In this document: in pieces, positions 23,295-35,699 of the stretch | Layout of the letters: the number at the start of each line of letters is the position of its first letter | How positions within the stretch are numbered: the stretch's first letter is position 1 | Source: Camelus ferus | Taxonomy: Eukaryota | Length of the DNA stretch: 64,000 nucleotides | Direction: 5' to 3' | Assembly (NCBI RefSeq): GCF_009834535.1 | Contig: NC_045714.1 | Span: 40,982,001-41,046,000, forward strand | Made by a program: the position numbers and the translations under genes | The notes under the pieces: model-generated | The model's database searches: none | Told to the model about the DNA's origin: nothing | Seen by the model: the letters and a program-made list of their open reading frames with translations, nothing else

Positions 23295-23525
23295 GTTTGC
23301 CTAGATTTAAATGCTAGCTCTACTACCACTTAGCAGGATATCATTGGATGAGTCATTTAATTTTGCTGAACTTTAGTTTTATCATCTGCGAAATGGGTAC
23401 AATAACAGTATTCTCCCCATAGGATGGTTGAGAGGATGAAATGGAATGGTCCACAGAAAGCACTTGGCACACTGTCTTGCATACAGTAAGTGTTCAGTAA
23501 ATGGTATCTGTCCTTATTTTTGCTG
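23295..23525 (+). mobile_element. MIR SINE
   Basis: ctagctctactaccacttagcagg...tttatcatctgcgaaatgggtacaataacagta...aagcacttggcacactgtc. Confidence 0.85.
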
Positions 23526-23720
23526 CTATTGTTAGATAGAACTTGACAAGAGAAACTGGGAAAGTTCTTCCTGGACAAATGCAGGGAGGTGGTGTCCTTC
23601 TGAGACAGGATGGAAGGGGCCAGGGCACAACCATTACAAGAATCACACAGCAATTAGCACCAAGGTGGCAGAAGATTCAACTCCTTCCCCAGTAGACTTT
23701 GAGCTTCATTATATGCTCAC

Positions 23721-24128
23721 TGTAATGCGATAGCTGCTGAATGGCACTCCCACAGGCTCTCTGACAGTTTCAAGGCTGATCACAAAAGGTCAAAAAGTGG
23801 GTGATGGCCCGATTCCTGGGAATCCCAGCCCCTTCCCTTAAATAGTTGGAATAATCCTCCCATTTGTTAGCATATGAAGTTACTGAGCCCATAAAAACTA
23901 ACAACTCTGCACCTAGTGGCTGTTTCTCTTGCCCTTGGAGATGGCCCGCACTCTGTCTATGGCATATGTATCTCTCTGAACAAATCTACCTTTACTCAAC
24001 TATGGCTCGCTCTTGAATTTTTTCCCCTGCAAAGCCAAGGACCCTCACTTGGCGGGGCACATCCCGGGGACTCGCCTGAGACCTGGGACACGACCATTGT
24101 CTCACGCCCCATTGCTTCCTGTGTCACA
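23721..24128 (+). mobile_element. ERV1-like solo LTR
   Basis: Starts TGTAAT, ends TGTCACA; cccataaaaac TATA-like motif; U5-like ctcgctcttgaattttttcccctgcaaagccaaggaccctcacttgg. Confidence 0.75.
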
Positions 24129-24419
24129 TCCACTACGGAAGAAGATTGCCCTGTTTGTTACGTTTCCATCCCAAGGTGGCACATCACTGCTGTACTTTGA
24201 ACCCAGAGCAGGGATATTAGCAATTGAAATTGTTAAATGTCACACTGTCGAATAGATGAAGCAAAGACAAAGCAAGCTCTTGGTGAGAACAACAGTCTTG
24301 GGCAAAGAACCTCTGCCTTAAAATAGAGGATATGTTTTCAGAATTTAAATAAAACTCGACAGTTGATTCGTTTGTCATCCTGCCCCCTGGCTGGAGTTGC
24401 ATTTTAGTTGTGAAAATAC

Positions 24420-24705
24420 AGAAAGTGTGTGCATGTGAGTGAGTGCAACCGGAGGGAAACAGTAGATTTCTGAGTTTGTCAGACGTGTTTATGTGCAACT
24501 TGTCTGTGTGCTTTTGTGTGTGTCTGTGTGTGTCTATGTGTGTATGTGTATGGATGTGCGTGTGAGAGAAACGCATGTCTGTGCACATTGTGTGTGTGTG
24601 TGTAGAAGCTATGTGCCTAGCAGTCTCTGGTAGGGAGCAGGCACTCACCATTTGTTGAATGAATGAATATATATGTGTGTGTGTTTGTGCGTCCATGTGT
24701 GAGCA
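24420..24705. repeat. TG-rich low-complexity tract
   Basis: Imperfect (TG)n blocks. Confidence 0.85.
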
Positions 24706-24839
24706 CAGATCTGGACTGTCTCTCTGAGAGTGAGGGTATGAATGTTCGAGTGAGCCTGAGGATCCTACACCTGATGGCACGTTTAGGTTTTCGTAAGTCA
24801 ACTTCTCTTGCAGCTCCTGACCCCAGGTGTCCTTCCGTG

Positions 24840-25200
24840 ATGCTGCGTTACACCCCCGACGAGCGTAACTCCCCTCCCATCCCGTTCCCTGGGGCTTCCC
24901 CTGCCTACAGAGCTGTCCTTCCCACCAGCCCGGAGCCCGCTCCCCCTACCCTACTCCCTTTTCGGACCTTTGCTTCTGTGTGTCTTCCGGAGGACACAGA
25001 TGGCAGGAGCAGGGAATCGGAAGCACTTGGCAATGAAGCAGCAATTCACTGCAATCCCTTCGGTATTCATCGCAACAATGCCCGCTCTGATGGGCTCCGC
25101 GCGCTGAATGCAGCTTTCAATGTGCAATCCGGCGGGAATTGCGGCTCTGTGTGGTCCTCATCACGTCCACTTCTTGTCAAGTGCTGCTGAGAATTCTCCC
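24840..25200. promoter_or_regulatory. CpG-retaining unique element (candidate enhancer/promoter)
   Basis: About 20 CpGs in 24841-25200 by hand count, against strongly CpG-depleted flanks; no repeat recognised. Confidence 0.35.
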
Positions 25201-25714
25201 ACCCGGGATGAGGGAACCACTAGTTTTAGCAACTGATTTCCGAAGCCTCCTCTGGGTTGGGGCTTCTGCAAAGCTCTCGGTGATGTGTGATTGTTCCTGG
25301 TTGGTGTTTTGGACACGTATATGCTCTGCTGAAGTATGTAAATTGCCATAATGTGAGGAAATGAGTTATAAAAATAACTCGGGGGCAGCAAACACTGGAG
25401 GAGCGCTGAGATGTGCCCAGCCTTTCCTGGTTCTGCTTTGGGGCCAAGGAGCCTCTCCGGCAGGCTGTGCTGGGAGAGGAGACCAAGGAGACCCGGGATG
25501 GATGAGTGGCTCCCTGGAGTGGGCTGGAATGGGCTGACTGCTGCCCACCCTCCTGCAGCTGGACTGCTTGAGAAGGGCCAGGTGAGCCCCGTCCTCAGGA
25601 AGGAAGTGAGGGGCTGGACATCGACTGTCTCCTTTCACTGTCATCTGTGGTCAACTGGACCCGAGGTGCCTCTTGCTGGCAGAATCTGCTTCCCACTCCC
25701 AGAGGGTAGATTTC

Positions 25715-26168
25715 CATCCTTGTTGGCCCATGACCCATTGGCCTTCCTGTGAGTCTCTCCCTTCCCCAATCTGGGCTGTTAGCAGGGGGCTGACGCCCGC
25801 AGTCTCCTGGGTTAGCTGGCTTTGGTTGGGTTTGGCCAATGAGAAGTACTGGTGGGCACTGGAGGACGGGGAAGGGAGGACACCTGTCTGACTCAGATGG
25901 TGGCTCCAGGGCAGCTTGTCCCTTCCGTGGACCCAGACCTTCAGAGTCTCAACTTCCAGCAGATGATCCTTGACTCTGGTCACCTGACCCCTCCCTCGGC
26001 CCCTCAGCCTGGGCATGGTGGTGGTCTCCTGCTGTTGTTTGTCTCTGGGCTCACTCACTGGCCCCCGCTTGGCTTCATCACCTGTGTAACAAATTCCTAG
26101 CAATTAGAGTCCCTCTGTTTTAAACACTTAATGGCTTCTATTTTTTTGTTTGGATTCTCACTGATATG
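25715..26168 (+). mobile_element. ERVL LTR33/LTR41-group solo LTR
   Basis: ggctttggttgggtttggccaatgag...gtccctctgttttaaacactta...ctcactgata; shares its 3' motif with 22385-22848. Confidence 0.7.
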
Positions 26169-27344
26169 CTCATGAAAAACAGCTTGGACGGCCAGACCAG
26201 AACTTCCTCCATTGCCTGTTGAGGGAATGGGTAAAAGCAAAGAGGCACAAGGGAAACAGGCCATTTCTCTGTAAGGGAGGAGCCAAGGGGGAATTAAAAA
26301 TAATAATGAAAATATCTGACCCTGACCGGTTAGTGTCTTGGCACTTACTTCTCATGATCTTATTTAATAGAATAGCACATTGAGGTGGGTACCACGATTG
26401 TGCATAAAGCCCTGTGCTGACCTCCTCACATCTCTACTTTCCTACTATCAAACTGATGTGCAGATACGTGCAGCAGATTGCCTCAGGACAGACAGTGAGA
26501 GCGTACCAGACATAGGAGTTAGGCAAGGCCCACGTTTAGTCCAAGAAAATCTGTCACGCCCCACGAGGAACATGTCCTGCCCCCCAACCAGGGCCATTGG
26601 GAACACATGGTCTGCAAATGTTTCACAGAGTGTGCCATGGTACCCTTCAGTGGTACAATGGTGGCTGGGGATGCTCAAGTCATGCTGGCCTATATAACAG
26701 GATGATGGGTGCACCCAGGATCCCCACTGCCTCTTCTTGGCAGGTAGTGATGTCATGGTCACCTTGTATCTGTGACCCCTCCACTGAAGCGTTCTCCATT
26801 CCCTCGCAGACCCACCTGCCTGTGTTTCCTTCTTGACCTGCTCCATTCCAAACAGGACAGAAGAGCAGAGGGTCACAGATCACATCTGTACAAGGCAGAT
26901 CGCAGGAACATCTCCTGGACTGCTCATCCCATATTAATGCTTAGCCTCCCCACTGAGAAGTGAGCAAATTTAGGGCTCGTTTAATTGGAAATCTAAAGGA
27001 CAGCAGTGCCACAGCCCACATGGAATTTATGCACGTCTGTCTTGAAGAGCTTGGAGGGGATGGGATGATTCATGATGACACTGCCTGCCTCCTGATTTAT
27101 AACCCATCATTCACATGTCTCTGAAGTCAGCTGGCACATGTGGAAGGTCATACTCAACTAGAATCACGAAATCTCCGGCTGCCTGGTCTTCTAGTCAAGT
27201 TGTGCCCAATCACCGGCCTCGGGCACCTATGACCGGAGGAAATGACAGAGGTCGGGACCAAAGAAGCTCACCGGGCACAGTGGCCAACTGTAGGGAGCTC
27301 TGGCCTTCTATCTGGCTGCACATATGTGGGACTCGGGGCCGTTG

Positions 27345-27545
27345 TTAAAGTGTGAGATCTGGACTGATAACTGGAGTGGTAGACCTGTAACCTTGGGGGA
27401 GCCACCTAACGTTCCCTGGCTTTGGTTTCTCCATCTGGAAAGTGGGAATGGTAACAGTACCAACCTCATAGGGCAGTGAAAATGAGAGCTGCTTTAAGTC
27501 TTCAGAGCAGGGCCTGGGATATGGGAGTGCTGAGTTACGAGATGT
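27345..27545 (+). mobile_element. MIR SINE
   Basis: ggtttctccatctggaaagtgggaatggtaacagtaccaacctcatagggcagtg. Confidence 0.75.
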
Positions 27546-27589
27546 TCTAGCCTAGTAGCGAAGTGGTCCACTTTTGGAATTAAGATTGC

Positions 27590-27888
27590 TTGTTGTTATG
27601 TTTGTGTCCTTCCCTCCAAATTCATATGTTGACACTGCAACCCCCTAGGGGGATGGTATTCGGAAGTGAGGACTTTCGGATGTGATTAGATCATGAAGGT
27701 GGAGCCCTCAGGATGGATTAGTGCCCTTTTGTGAAGATACACCAGAGAGCTTGCTTTCCTCTTTTCTGCTCTCTGCGCGGGAGGACACAGCGAGAAGGCA
27801 GCTGTCATAGAAGCCAGAAAGCGGGCCCTCGTCAGAACCTGACCCTGATCTCTGACTTTCCTATGAGAAATCAATTTCTGTTATCTAG
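27590..27888 (+). mobile_element. MaLR MLT1A-type LTR
   Basis: gtttgtgtccttccctccaaattcatatgttg...gattagatcatgaaggtggagccctcaggatggattagtgccctt. Confidence 0.85.
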
Positions 27889-27922
27889 GCTAGCTTGTAT
27901 TCAAATCCTGGTTCTGCCATTT

Positions 27923-28102
27923 TAAAGTTATTTTTTTAATTCCTAATTAATTTTTTATTGAAGTATAGTTGGTTTATAATGTTAATTTCTAGCATACAGC
28001 GTAGTTTTACATACATGTATATTCCATTTCATTCCCCTCCTTTTCCATTATAGGCTGTTACAAGGTATTGAATATAGTTTCCTATGCTGTACAGTAGGGA
28101 AA
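27923..28102 (-). mobile_element. Young L1 3' end fragment
   Basis: ttttttattgaagtatagttggtttataatg...gaatatagtttcctatgctgtacagtagg; TSD core tggttctgccattt on both sides. Confidence 0.88.
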
Positions 28103-28118
28103 TGGTTCTGCCATTTAA

Positions 28119-28250
28119 CTCTTTTTTTGTGTGTGTTTTTGGGGGTAATTTTATTCAGTTTATTTATTTTTTTAATGGAGGTACTGGGGGTTGAACCCAG
28201 GACTTCGTGCATGCTTAGCATGTGCTCTACCACTGAGCTCTACCCTCCCC
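28119..28250 (-). mobile_element. Vic-1-like SINE (long form)
   Basis: Reverse complement ggggagggtagagctcagtggtagagcacatgctaagcatgcacgaagtcctgggttcaaccccc; perfect 16-bp TSD tggttctgccatttaa (28103-28118, 28251-28266). Confidence 0.93.
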
Positions 28251-29504
28251 TGGTTCTGCCATTTAATAGCTGTAAGATCTGCGGAGATATGCTGATGGTC
28301 CCTGAATCTCGATGTTTTCATCACGAGTCCATAGGTTGTAGCCAATAATAATTGCTCCTACTTCTCAGGGCTGTGATGATTTTGAGTTAAAGGAGGTAAT
28401 GTAGGTAGAACCCTCAGCCCAGTATGTGGCCTGCTGAGTGTTCACTAAATATAAGCGACGTGGAGAAGGTTGTGACGAGTCTCACTTTGGATCTGGCCCC
28501 AGTCTGAGCCAATCTTGTTTCGCAGCTCATCGTGCATGGATGGTTGAGCTGGCCTGTTGGCTCTCTCCATGTGCATTTTGGACGACAGTCACACTGCTCA
28601 TCTACAGGATCAAAGAGAGTTCCCCTTCTGTCTTGGACATGCTTTTGGAAACATCTGCAGTCCTCGTGGTCCACTTCATTGGGCCTTCCCCGTGTTATCC
28701 CCTTCAAAGTTCCCATCTCAGAATCTACCTTTAGCTCACAAGTATATTAATTCTCCATGGACTTAGGGATGGGAACTTTTCTTTTCCATTCCTCTGCTAG
28801 TTTGAATGGGAAACTTCAAAGTGCCAGGAAATGGATTCTTTCTACAGTGGAGGCTGCATTGATGTTCAGTAGGACTTCAACCTCTGCCCTTTCTGGAACA
28901 TGTTGTGAGGGGTCTTTGGCTTTAATGAACAGCCTGGGGCACCCCTGCTCCTGGCCTGGAGCCCCCGGTTCTACTGACTGGTAACCTTTGGCAGAGCCCT
29001 GCTAGGCACCTGCTCTGACCGCTGGGAGGTGGGACCATGGCTGAGTCAGCAGCGAGCTCAAGGCACGCACAGAGTGGACCTGCTTGGGAAACGTGTGCTG
29101 AGTAGAGAAAATGATGAATGGTGAGTGGGGGATGCACAAATTAGAGGGTAATTTTTCTCCTTCCTTCCTTCTCTTAAAGAGAGTTAGTAAGTGATGTCTT
29201 TTTTTTTTTTTTTTGAGGTATAACATATAGAATCAGCACCCTTATCAAAATGTTATTTTCAACATAAAAAAAAATCTCTGTGGGTTGATATCTTTTGGAA
29301 AAGTTAGTTCATTTATTTCCAGTGAAGTTTTCTGATTTTCCTTTTGGGAAAAAACCATAAACTACTTGCGATTCATTTTTAAATCAATTAGCTATAATAG
29401 CCAATACAAATGGATGCTTTTTGTGTATCAAGTCCTAGGCTTGGTGTTCAACTTACCAATCCCCTTTCATCCTCACAAAGATCCCGGGATGTAGGTATTT
29501 ATAT

Positions 29505-29830
29505 TACAGTAATTGCTCCAGCTATCCCAACATACAAACTCCATAATCTCAGTGGCTTAGCACAATGAAGTTTTATTTCTCACTCTTGCACAGTTCCATG
29601 GGATTTGGGTGGCCCTCCTCTGAGTTACAGTTACACTGTCTGGATCACGTGGCCGTCAAAGTCACCACAGTCAAGGAAGAGAGGACAAAAGGCTTTCACA
29701 GGATGTGCTTAGGAGTCAGGTTTGGAAATGGCTGACTTCACTTCCGCTCACATCCCATTGAGGAGAACTCAGCTTCCCAGTCCAACTCAAATGCTCAGTG
29801 ATGATGAAGCTAAAGATATTCTGAGCTCCT
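29505..29830 (-). mobile_element. MaLR MLT1 (J/K-like) LTR
   Basis: ccataatctcagtggcttagcacaatgaagttttatttctcactc...cacttccgctcacatcccattg. Confidence 0.6.
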
Positions 29831-30544
29831 CTATGATCCAGCCACCAGGGACACTGACTCGTGCCCCCACGGCCAGCACTTTCTGTCACATCAGCACCAT
29901 TCATCCATTTTCAAAAGCCCATCTGTGCCCGCAGCGGAGTGACTTCCTGTGTGCATGGGCAGCCCCGGGGAGGCTGGGCTCGGAGAGCCCGTTTTGGATT
30001 ATAAGCCTTTGAAGACATCTGCAGGGAGGGGCTAATTCATTCCAGAAACACTGCTCTCTCTGCCATGCAAACCAGAGACCAGGAATGGAATTGAGATTTC
30101 TAATGACATGGGGCATTTTTAGAGCCACCTGCTGGCTTGGGCGTCTCGCTGAGTTGCTTCCATAGACAAGTGCTGGGGAGCGGGCCTGGCCTCTGAGGTT
30201 GGGCTGCTGGGAGGCCTCAGGTGGGCTCCCTGAGGCAGGGCATGAGCTGCCACCTTCAAAGTGTTCTTCTGTCTGCATCCGCCTGGGCTTATAGGGGACT
30301 GATGCTGGGGAAGATCTTCTCTGAACTTAGCAGATGTCCTCCTGCTGCTCAGAAAGTTCTAGACTCAAGACTAGTCTTAGATTTGATCTCTCCATGTTCA
30401 CGAGCTCCTGACCTCCACAGGTCTCCTGAGCCCTGGGCTGGGAGGAGATCAGACACTGAACACTGACAACTCAGGGGCTTATCCAAAGCACTGGCTCCCA
30501 TGCCCTTCCTGGCAGATTCAAACGTGTGGCACATTCAGACAGAT

Positions 30545-30985
30545 GTAGCTTCAGATCTCAGCTTCCCTGGGCTCAAGATGGGTTTCGCCGAAGGAGATGC
30601 TGAGGGGGAGGTCAGCATGCAAGGTGCTTTTGGAGTTCAACTCCTGTGGAAGGCAGAAGGGACAGCAGGATTGGGCAGAAGGAAAAGTCAACGTGTGATG
30701 CAGGTTCAACCTAGACTGTGTCAACCCAAAAGAGAGCTTTGCCCATCTGAATTGTCCTGGGTTAAATCGAAATGACTGAGCCTTGTAACCTTGCTTTGCT
30801 CCATCATGGGGATGTGGACTTCACGAGGAAGTCTCCAGCCTTGGGTGAGAGGGTCCTGTGCAGCTCAGACAGACACCGAAAGAGCTAATTGCTGGAGTCT
30901 GTCCCTTGAATGTACCCCCTGCAGATGGGCAGGGGGTAATTCACTTGAAGAGCTTCTGGACAGCACAACTTGGCATCTACCACAG
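30545..30985 (-). mobile_element. ERVL LTR16-family LTR
   Basis: caactcctgtggaaggcagaagggacagcaggattgggcagaaggaaaagtc...ttggcatctaccaca. Confidence 0.6.
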
Positions 30986-31119
30986 TCTTCCAATTAGCTC
31001 TTTGACCTTAGGGATATAATTAGTTTCTTGGATCTTAGGAATATAGTTAATTAGAGTTAATTTCTAATTCCCAGTTTTCATGTAGATAAATGGGGTTAAT
31101 ATCATAAATATCTAACAGG

Positions 31120-31420
31120 ATTTTTTTAAACCTCTGTATCGAAAATTTTAAACATACACTAAACTTATACAGAAATATGATGCTTGCACAATGAACTTCC
31201 ATGTACCAATCACTCAGCTTCAACAATTATGAACTTGTGGTCATTCTTGTTTCAAATATACCCTACCACCTACCACTCCTGGATTGTTATGAAGTAGATG
31301 GCAGATTCAGAAACATGATGTTTGTCCACTTACATTTCATATGTATTTCTAGAAGATAAGGGCTTAAAAAATAGCAACATAACCACAATTAGCCTACCAG
31401 TGTTTTCAGCAAATTAAATG
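31120..31420 (-). mobile_element. Old L1 (L1MC/ME) 3' end fragment
   Basis: tcgaaaattttaaacatacac...caatgaacttccatgtaccaatcactcagcttcaacaattatg. Confidence 0.6.
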
Positions 31421-31544
31421 AGCCAATACAAGCGAACCATTTGCCATTGCCTTTGGCACATAAGGTTATCCAAAGCAGAACACATCCTCTGTGGAGATGA
31501 CATATGGAAGAAAGGAAAAGGAGATTTAATTCTGTATAGTGTAA

Positions 31545-31705
31545 GGGTTCAAAGACATGGCATGGAGACTACCCTCCTTCATTCTTTGCCCATAACAGAC
31601 ATCACTATTTGATCACAGAGCTAGTGAGCAACACAATGTTCCAGGCAGCCACTGCCCATCAACTAGATTTGCCCATGAGATGGAACCAATTTGACCACAT
31701 TGTCC
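31545..31705. mobile_element. hAT-Charlie MITE (Charlie4z-like)
   Basis: cccataacagacatcactatttgatcacagagc...ttccaggcagccactgcccatcaac...gatggaaccaatttg; related copy at ~41.7 kb. Confidence 0.55.
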
Positions 31706-32974
31706 TCATAGTCTGAACATGCCTGTCTCAGCTAGGCTGATGGCTAAACCCAGAGCCAGGCCTCCTGCCCTCTGGCTCATCTGACAGCTGCCACGCCAGC
31801 GGCATGGTTCAGAGGCTGCTCTGGCTCTCAGGGATTCTGTACAGAAACTGCTCATAGGCCCCTCTTTGCCATTTCCAGTGGGTAGGAGACGGGAGGGCAG
31901 TGCTGCTCCAACTCCAACCAGGAATAACGGGTGAAGAGAAGCAGCCCCGAGATCCGTGAGAATTGTTCCACCCTGGCATGTCAACATCTGCCTCTGCAGT
32001 GTCCTTCTCTTTCATTGCTTGCTTTTTTCTACTTCTTCCATGACTTTGCCAGATCCTCCTTGGGCTTGTTAAATGCTTGTTCTTCATCTCCTGCAGCCTT
32101 CCTCATGTCATCACTACTCTCTTGAGACAACTTAGGCATGTTTCCAGGAGGGGGAGTGTGTGTGTATGTGTGTGTGTGAAATGACTTTGAACATGTGTAC
32201 ATGACACCATAGTTCATATGACATTTTCATGTTGATTTCTTCATTTCTGCCTCACGCAGTGCTGTCAGTTAGTATTCATCTTTCTTATTTCACAGATGTA
32301 GAAACTGAGAATGAAAGGGGCTCATGATATTTTCCTCTGTATTAAATAACTTAGACACGAGACTAAAGGGCAGATTGAGATTCCTGGCTCGGAAAGACAT
32401 TGGTGTTTCACAGTTCGGGGTGTACTTTAAGCTGTGGAAACCCTTCTTTAAGTGAAACTTTATAGTAATGGCCATTATCTACAATCTGGGCAAATTGAGA
32501 TGGGAGGGTATAGTGTTCTGCCTACCATTAGTGTGTGGCAGGGGAAGAGGGAAGGCTGGTTTATGGAATCTCTAGGAGTTTGGGGAGCTCAATTTAAAAA
32601 CCACCATGTTATACAAATAGTCACAGGGTGTAATTTTACTAGCCTTGGGTATAATTTCCCTCTTGAGAGTTTTGATAGAATGCCTTGGGAATCACTGATT
32701 ATGGGATTCTGTATTTTCAAACCCACATTCTACCCCTTAGAGACATGTGAGACTAACTGCTTGCTAGAAGCAGCTGTTAGGGTGAATGTGCTAGCTTCTG
32801 GGACCAGAGCTGAGCCAAGTTTAGACCTGCTAGGTCTGCTCTGTCCTCACTGTGCCTGGCTTCAGCCAAGAGAGGGATGAAGGAAAGGGAATGCCCAGCC
32901 TGCACTCTGAATAGCCTTGAACTAAGGCCTTCACCCAAAGAAGGCTGATAGTAATTGAAGTGTTAGCAACAACA

Positions 32975-33180
32975 GTGATTCTCGAATATTTGCTCTCTCT
33001 GTGTTAAGTGCTATGCAAAATGGACATGCAACTTAATTTCTACAACAACGGGAGGTAAATATTTTCATCTCAGTTTTACAAACTAGTAGGACGCCCAGGG
33101 CCAGCAAGAAATTAAGCTGAGATTCAAACCCAGGTCTCCCCAGCTCTAGTTCTCACACTCTTACTCACTCATCCATTCTG
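32975..33180 (-). mobile_element. MIR SINE
   Basis: caacaacgggaggtaaatattttcatctcagttttacaaac...gctgagattcaaacccaggtctccc. Confidence 0.7.
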
Positions 33181-33499
33181 ACCCTTCAAGGATATCCTTA
33201 CCATAGCCTTTGAGATGGATAACTTTACCTCCATTTCCTCAAGGTCACCCATGTAGGAAGAGAAAGCACCTGAACACAGGTGCATCTGATTCCAAATCAT
33301 GCACTAGGTTGCCTGTAGAGAGGAAGATAATGCCTTGGGCATGATATGTTACTTCTGAGAAAGTCACCTTTTTAGGTGACTCTGGTTTATGCCCCAAATG
33401 TTGGTGAGAATAGTGTTTTACAAAAGCAGATGTAACCTCTGTTATGCTATTTTTATTTGAGAAAACAATGTATTTATGTAAAAACACACTGGATTAAGA

Positions 33500-34230
33500 C
33501 AGTTTTGTTTATTTCTCTGTTTTTATAGGCTAGCAATATAAGCAAGCTGCCGGCAAGACCAGGCAATAGAAAAAGAAAGAAGGCAACCTTAACAATATTG
33601 AAAATGAAAGGGTTTAGGGTTACAGCTAAATGAGAATTATAAACAAGAAAATAATAGGAACAATATTACATCAATCAAGTTGAAAATTTAGATAAAATGG
33701 GCAATTTTCTCAAAAATTACAAATGATCCAAATTATCTCCAGAGGAAATAGAAAATATGATTAAACAAATTATGTCAGTAATAAAAATACCTTCCTTCAA
33801 AAGCATTAGGCACAGATGGTTTTATGAACATCTGTTACCTAATCTTCAATGAGTAGTTATTTCAGACAATACAGAAAGGTGGAAAGTTTTCTAGCTTATT
33901 AAATGATGCAAATTAACATTGATATCAGAATGGAAAAGGTTAATGAAAATAGAAGAATTGCAGGTCAAGCTCACTTATGAATATAGGTTAAAAAACTCAA
34001 ATAAAATATTAACAAACCAACCCAGCAAAATGACAGTAGCAGCAACAAGAACAAGGTGAAGAATAAAAAAGCCACACCATGACCAAGTATACTTGATCCT
34101 AGGAATTCAAGGATGGTTTAACATTGGAAAATCTGTTAACTCATACTATTATCAGACCAAAGAAGAAAACTATATGCTCATTAATGTAGATGCACAAAAA
34201 GAATCAGAAATATCTAGCTTCATACTCCCC
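33500..34230 (+). mobile_element. Old L1 ORF2 fragment
   Basis: A-rich; ggcacagatggttttatg...caggtcaagctcacttatgaatatagg...cctaggaattcaaggatggtttaacattggaaaatc (RT region); many stops. Confidence 0.75.
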
Positions 34231-34589
34231 TCCTCCTTTTGAAAGCATCTTAAAATAATACAAAGAACAATAAACAGAAATACAAAATGGGAGGCATCTG
34301 TAATCTTGATCCATACAAGTTTGACAAAATGTGGATTGAAATGTAGTGAATAACTTAGCAGAGGAGAGAAAAGCCAGCTGCAGATGCCTGGAGAAGGAAG
34401 ATACACATGAAAAGCCAGCAGGATTACTATATGTTATTTATAGAAACATACATATGTAGTGTGTTTTTGTTGGATGTGAATATATACATATGTTGTAAAG
34501 ACATAAAAACACAGATGAGAAGGTAATACTCCAACTTCAGGGTACTGGTGTTTGGAGGCATAAAGAGAAGATAAAGATGTAATGGTGGG

Positions 34590-34730
34590 AGTCAGGGTCT
34601 AGCTCAGTGGTAGAGCACATGCTTAGCGTGCATGAGGTCCTGGGCTCAGTCCTCAGTACTTCCATTAAAACAAATAAATAAAAACCTAGTTACCATCTCT
34701 CCCCCTCCACAAAAAAGAAATTTTAAAAAA
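34590..34730 (+). mobile_element. Vic-1-like SINE (long form)
   Basis: agggtctagctcagtggtagagcacatgcttagcgtgcatgaggtcctgggctcagtcctcagtacttcc...aaataaataaaaacctagttacc. Confidence 0.88.
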
Positions 34731-35099
34731 GATGCGATTGGGGAACGGGAAGTTTCTCATTTCTATCTGGAATGTTTTATTTCTTAAAAAAAAAAATGAA
34801 GCCAATGTAACAAAATAGTATTTGTTAAATCTGAGTGGTGAGTATGGAGTTTTGTTATATTATTCCCTTTACTTACATAAATATTTGCAATAAGCCAAAT
34901 GAATTAACCTTAAAGTAACGCATGCTCACAGTAAAAATTCAATAAGGAAAGCACAAAGCTGAAAATAAAAAATTTCTGAATTTCTACTACGGATAGCCCA
35001 TACAGTCATATATATAGTATGTATACAATTCAACAAAAATACTATATTTTGTAATATGCTCATCTCAATAAAAGAAATCAACATGTAATTACATGTAGT

Positions 35100-35295
35100 T
35101 TAGTGGTTTAAAGTTTAGTGTCTGTAATCCAATGGCTTGGGTTCAAAATCCATCTCTGTCACTTACTGATTTGATTCCTCTCTGGTCCTCAGTTTTCCCA
35201 TCTGCAAAATAGGAGTAATGATAGTATTCATTATTATATAAATTCAATAATCCAATAAAGCAGATAACTGGACACATAGTAGAACTTGTGTTTTT
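35100..35295 (+). mobile_element. MIR SINE
   Basis: ggcttgggttcaaaatccatctctgtcacttactg...cagttttcccatctgcaaaataggagtaatgatagta. Confidence 0.8.
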
Positions 35296-35699
35296 TAATC
35301 TAACTTTGTAATTGAGATTGACCCATAGAACTCAATATAAGATAGTAATCATTACTATTTCTGGGTCAACTCATGCCATCTTAGATATAAGGCATAGTAC
35401 AGATATTCTGGAAGAAAGCAGAGTTTTTCCCAGTGTCTGGGAAAGAGAGCATACAGATCAGATTGAAGGGGTCCTTCATATAGAGAAATCACAGTCTTGA
35501 TTGGACTTAAACCCTATAGATCAGCTGTCAGCTCTCAGTGGGGTCCAAGTGTTGGGGCTTGATATGTGAGAAGAGGACTGGTGACCTTCCATAGGACTCT
35601 CCTCCGTCATCCTATGATTGATGTTCCCCAGACCAGGTTCTTGTAAACTACTAGTGGAGGCTGCATTTCTAAACAGTGAGACACAGGCTGAGGATGACA

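Noticed and set aside
22385-26168. Two same-orientation LTR33/41-group LTRs as a possible provirus
   Set aside because: The ~2.9 kb between them holds a SINE, a MIR, an unrelated LTR and unique DNA with no gag/pol homology or primer-binding site, and the two LTRs are visibly divergent. They are independent solo LTRs.
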